A DNA stretch of 64,000 bases from an uncultured Actinomycetota bacterium. GTDB lineage: Bacteria > Actinomycetota > Actinomycetes > Actinomycetales > CAWJMD01. Below are positions 61,736 to 64,000 of the stretch, piece by piece (positions within the stretch are counted from its first letter, which is position 1; each line of letters starts with the position of its first letter). The position numbers and the translations under genes were made by a program. Location: positions 4,444,710 through 4,508,709 of the forward strand of contig OY969553.1 of assembly GCA_963700925.1 (NCBI GenBank), given 5' to 3'. The notes under the pieces were generated by a model. It had not been told where the DNA came from, searched no databases, and was given only the letters and a program-made list of their open reading frames with translations.

Positions 61736-64000
61736 CTAGCTCTCGGACTCCACGACGAGCACGAGGTCGCCACCTTCGACCTGCTGCACGGCACCGAGAG
61801 CAAGGCGGCTCACCGTCCCTGCGACGGGCGTGGTGATGGACGCCTCCATCTTCATCGCCTCGATGGTCGCGACGGTCTGACCGGCCTCGACGCTGTCGCC
61901 CTCGTCGACGCCTACCGACACGACGCCCGCGAACGGCGCGGCGACATGACCCGGCTGCGAGGGGTCGGCCTTCTCGGCTGCCTTCACGTCGACCTCGACG
62001 GAACGGTCGCGCACCTGGACCGGACGCAGCTGCCCGTTCAGGGTGCACATCACCGTCCGCTGACCTCGCTCGTCGACGTCGCCGACGGCTTGGAGGCCGG
62101 CAATCAGCACGACACCCTTGCCCAGGTCGACGACGTGCTCGACGCCGGGTCGCAGGCCGTACAGGTAGTCGCGGGTGTCGAGCACCGAGACGTCGCCGTG
62201 CGCCTCTCGCACCTGGGCCAGTTCCTTGGCGGGGCCGGGAAAGAGTAGGCGGTTCAACGCATCTCGCCGCACAACGCCCGGCTGGTTGAGGGCGGCGCGC
62301 TCGGCCTCCGGCACCTCGGTGTCGCGCACCTTGATCGAGCGGCCCTCGAGCGCCTTGGTGCGGAACGGCTCGGGCCATCCACCCGGCGGGTCACCCAGCT
62401 CTCCCGACAGGAAGCCGATCACCGAGTCAGGGACGTCGAAAGACTGTGGGTTCTCGGCGAACTCGGCCGGGTCGGCGCCGACTGCGACAAGGTGCAGGGC
62501 CAGATCGCCCACGACCTTCGACGACGGCGTGACCTTCACGAGCCGTCCGAGGATGCGGTCGGCAGCCGCGTACATCGCCTCGATCTGCTCGAACTTGTCG
62601 GCGAGGCCCAGCGCGATCGCCTGCTGGCGCAGGTTCGACAGCTGGCCGCCGGGAATCTCGTGGTCGTAGACCCGCCCCGTCGGGCTCGGCAGGCCCGACT
62701 CGAACGGCGCGTACAGGCGACGCACTGCCTCCCAGTAGGGCTCCAGGTCCATCACCGCGCGCAGGTCGAGACCGGTGTCGCGCTCCGTATGTGCTAGAGC
62801 CGCGACGAGTGCCGAGGCGGGCGGCTGCGAGGTCGTGCCCGCCATCGACGCCGTCGCGACGTCGACCGCGTCGACCCCGGCCTCGCTGGCGGCCAGCAGA
62901 GTGGCCATCTGCCCGCCGGCCGTGTCGTGCGTGTGCAGGTGGACGGGCAGGTCGAACCGCTCACGCAGGGCCGACACCAGAGTGCTTGCGGCAGTGGGAC
63001 GCAGAAGGCCTGCCATGTCCTTGACGGCCAGCACGTGGGCACCCGCGTCCACGATCTGCTCGGCCAACCGCAGGTAGTAGTCGAGCGTGTACAGGTCTTC
63101 CGCCGGGTCCGCGAGGTCGCCGGTGTAGCAGAGCGCGACCTCCGCGACGGTGGTGCCGGTCTCGACGACTGCGTCGATGGCCGGGCGCATCTGCTCCACG
63201 TCGTTGAGGGCGTCGAAGATGCGGAACACGTCGATGCCGGTCTCGGCCGCCTCGGCGACGAACGCCTGCGTCACCTCGGTCGGGTACGGGGTGTACCCGA
63301 CGGTGTTCCGTCCGCGCAGCAGCATCTGCAGGCACAGGTTCGGCATCTCCTCGCGCAGCCGGGCGAGGCGGTCCCACGGGTCCTCGCCGAGGAAGCGCAG
63401 CGCCACGTCGTAGGTGGCGCCGCCCCAGCACTCGACGCTGAAAAGCCCTGGCAGAGTGCGCGCCACGTGGGGTGCGACGGCTAGGAGGTCACGGCTGCGA
63501 ACGCGCGTCGCCAGCAGTGACTGGTGCGCGTCGCGGAAGGTGGTGTCGGTGACCGCGAGTGCGGTCTGCGCCCGCAGGTCGGCCGCGAACCGCGCAGGCC
63601 CGGCGAGGACCAGATGCTGTCGGCTGCCGTCGGGCACTGGAAGGTCGAGGTCGACGACCGGCAGCTTGTCGCGTGGGTCGATGCGCAGCGGTGCCTCGCC
63701 GTTCGGCTTGTTGACCGTGACGTCGGCCAGGAGGCGCAGCATCTTCGTGCCGCGGTCGGCGCTCACCATGGCCGACAGCAGGTGCGGACGCTCGTCGATG
63801 AAGCTCGTTGCCAGGTCGCCTTCGACGAAGGCGTCCTCCTGCAGAACTGCCTGCAGGAAGGGGATGTTCGTGTGCACGCCCCTGATGCGGAACTCGGCCA
63901 GCGCACGGCGCGCCCGGCGCACAGCGGTCGGGAAGTCGCGGCCGCGGCACGTCAGCTTCACGAGCATCGAGTCGAAGTGGGCGCTGATCTCGGCGCCGGT
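61736..64000 (-). CDS. pyc: Pyruvate carboxylase (C-terminal about 755 aa; 5' end beyond window)
   Basis: The frame stays open to the window edge (TGAEISAHFDSMLVKL...). A carboxyltransferase domain is present, and the C-terminal biotinyl motif reads IEAMKME. Confidence 0.95.
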   Translation of the reverse strand, partial: TGAEISAHFDSMLVKLTCRGRDFPTAVRRARRALAEFRIRGVHTNIPFLQAVLQEDAFVEGDLATSFIDERPHLLSAMVSADRGTKMLRLLADVTVNKPNGEAPLRIDPRDKLPVVDLDLPVPDGSRQHLVLAGPARFAADLRAQTALAVTDTTFRDAHQSLLATRVRSRDLLAVAPHVARTLPGLFSVECWGGATYDVALRFLGEDPWDRLARLREEMPNLCLQMLLRGRNTVGYTPYPTEVTQAFVAEAAETGIDVFRIFDALNDVEQMRPAIDAVVETGTTVAEVALCYTGDLADPAEDLYTLDYYLRLAEQIVDAGAHVLAVKDMAGLLRPTAASTLVSALRERFDLPVHLHTHDTAGGQMATLLAASEAGVDAVDVATASMAGTTSQPPASALVAALAHTERDTGLDLRAVMDLEPYWEAVRRLYAPFESGLPSPTGRVYDHEIPGGQLSNLRQQAIALGLADKFEQIEAMYAAADRILGRLVKVTPSSKVVGDLALHLVAVGADPAEFAENPQSFDVPDSVIGFLSGELGDPPGGWPEPFRTKALEGRSIKVRDTEVPEAERAALNQPGVVRRDALNRLLFPGPAKELAQVREAHGDVSVLDTRDYLYGLRPGVEHVVDLGKGVVLIAGLQAVGDVDERGQRTVMCTLNGQLRPVQVRDRSVEVDVKAAEKADPSQPGHVAAPFAGVVSVGVDEGDSVEAGQTVATIEAMKMEASITTPVAGTVSRLALGAVQQVEGGDLVLVVESES

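Noticed and set aside
1-64000. A prophage, integrative element, transposon, defence island or secondary-metabolite cluster.
   Set aside because: I recognised no integrase, transposase, recombinase, capsid or terminase genes. I also recognised no restriction-modification, Cas, toxin-antitoxin, NRPS, PKS or terpene-synthase signatures, no tRNA attachment site and no long flanking direct repeats.

Overview
This is a very GC-rich actinobacterial chromosomal window. Gene content and synteny (helY, lnt-ppm1-fxsA-rbpA, pyc) suggest a Nocardioides/Propionibacteriales-like actinomycete, but that is inference only. I can support about 68 protein-coding genes, 2 pseudogenes and 2 candidate small ORFs. 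I found no rRNA, tRNA, CRISPR array, transposase, integrase or phage genes.

Layout:
- 1-8.1 kb: MOSC protein, HelY helicase, pirin, a broken GNAT, 5'-3' exonuclease, an RibD_C/DHFR-like gene and an Lrp regulator.
- 8.1-17.2 kb: a lysine-fermentation-type gene set (kamA, kdd, kamD, kamE, kal). It is split by an amidohydrolase, an APH-like kinase and plsC.
- 17.2-17.9 kb: an unusually long non-coding gap.
- 17.9-25.1 kb: a conserved envelope and transcription block (lnt, ppm1, fxsA, rbpA, MFS, GDPD, coiled-coil M15 peptidase).
- 25.3-52.9 kb: a mosaic of small stress, detoxification and transport genes (VOC x5, DinB-like x2, second pirin, second RibD_C, YCII, 3 MFS, Rieske oxygenase, asparaginase, cyclase). 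It carries six regulators: AraC x2, TetR, GntR, an ECF sigma factor and nearby Lrp.
- 52.9-60.2 kb: a run of tightly spaced, co-oriented minus-strand genes (TAP peptidase, GH38 mannosidase, GNAT, OsmC, YrdC-like, two membrane proteins).
- 60.3-64 kb: a histidine phosphatase, a decayed AlkZ/YcaQ-like gene and the 3' two-thirds of pyruvate carboxylase.

I do not see a convincing new multi-gene system such as a defence island or a biosynthetic cluster. The observations most worth a second look are:
- The kce-less, interrupted lysine cluster.
- Two genes broken by single in-frame stops. One of them also carries a 10-bp tandem duplication that exactly explains its frameshift.
- A high density of perfect short tandem repeats (units of 10-17 bp), including a G-quadruplex-type array inside helY.
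- Two roughly 80-nt hairpin elements with shared termini.
- A 610-bp gap with a near-consensus promoter.
- Two GC3-supported small ORFs below the ORF-track cutoff.

All start codons are chosen by eye. No database searches were run.
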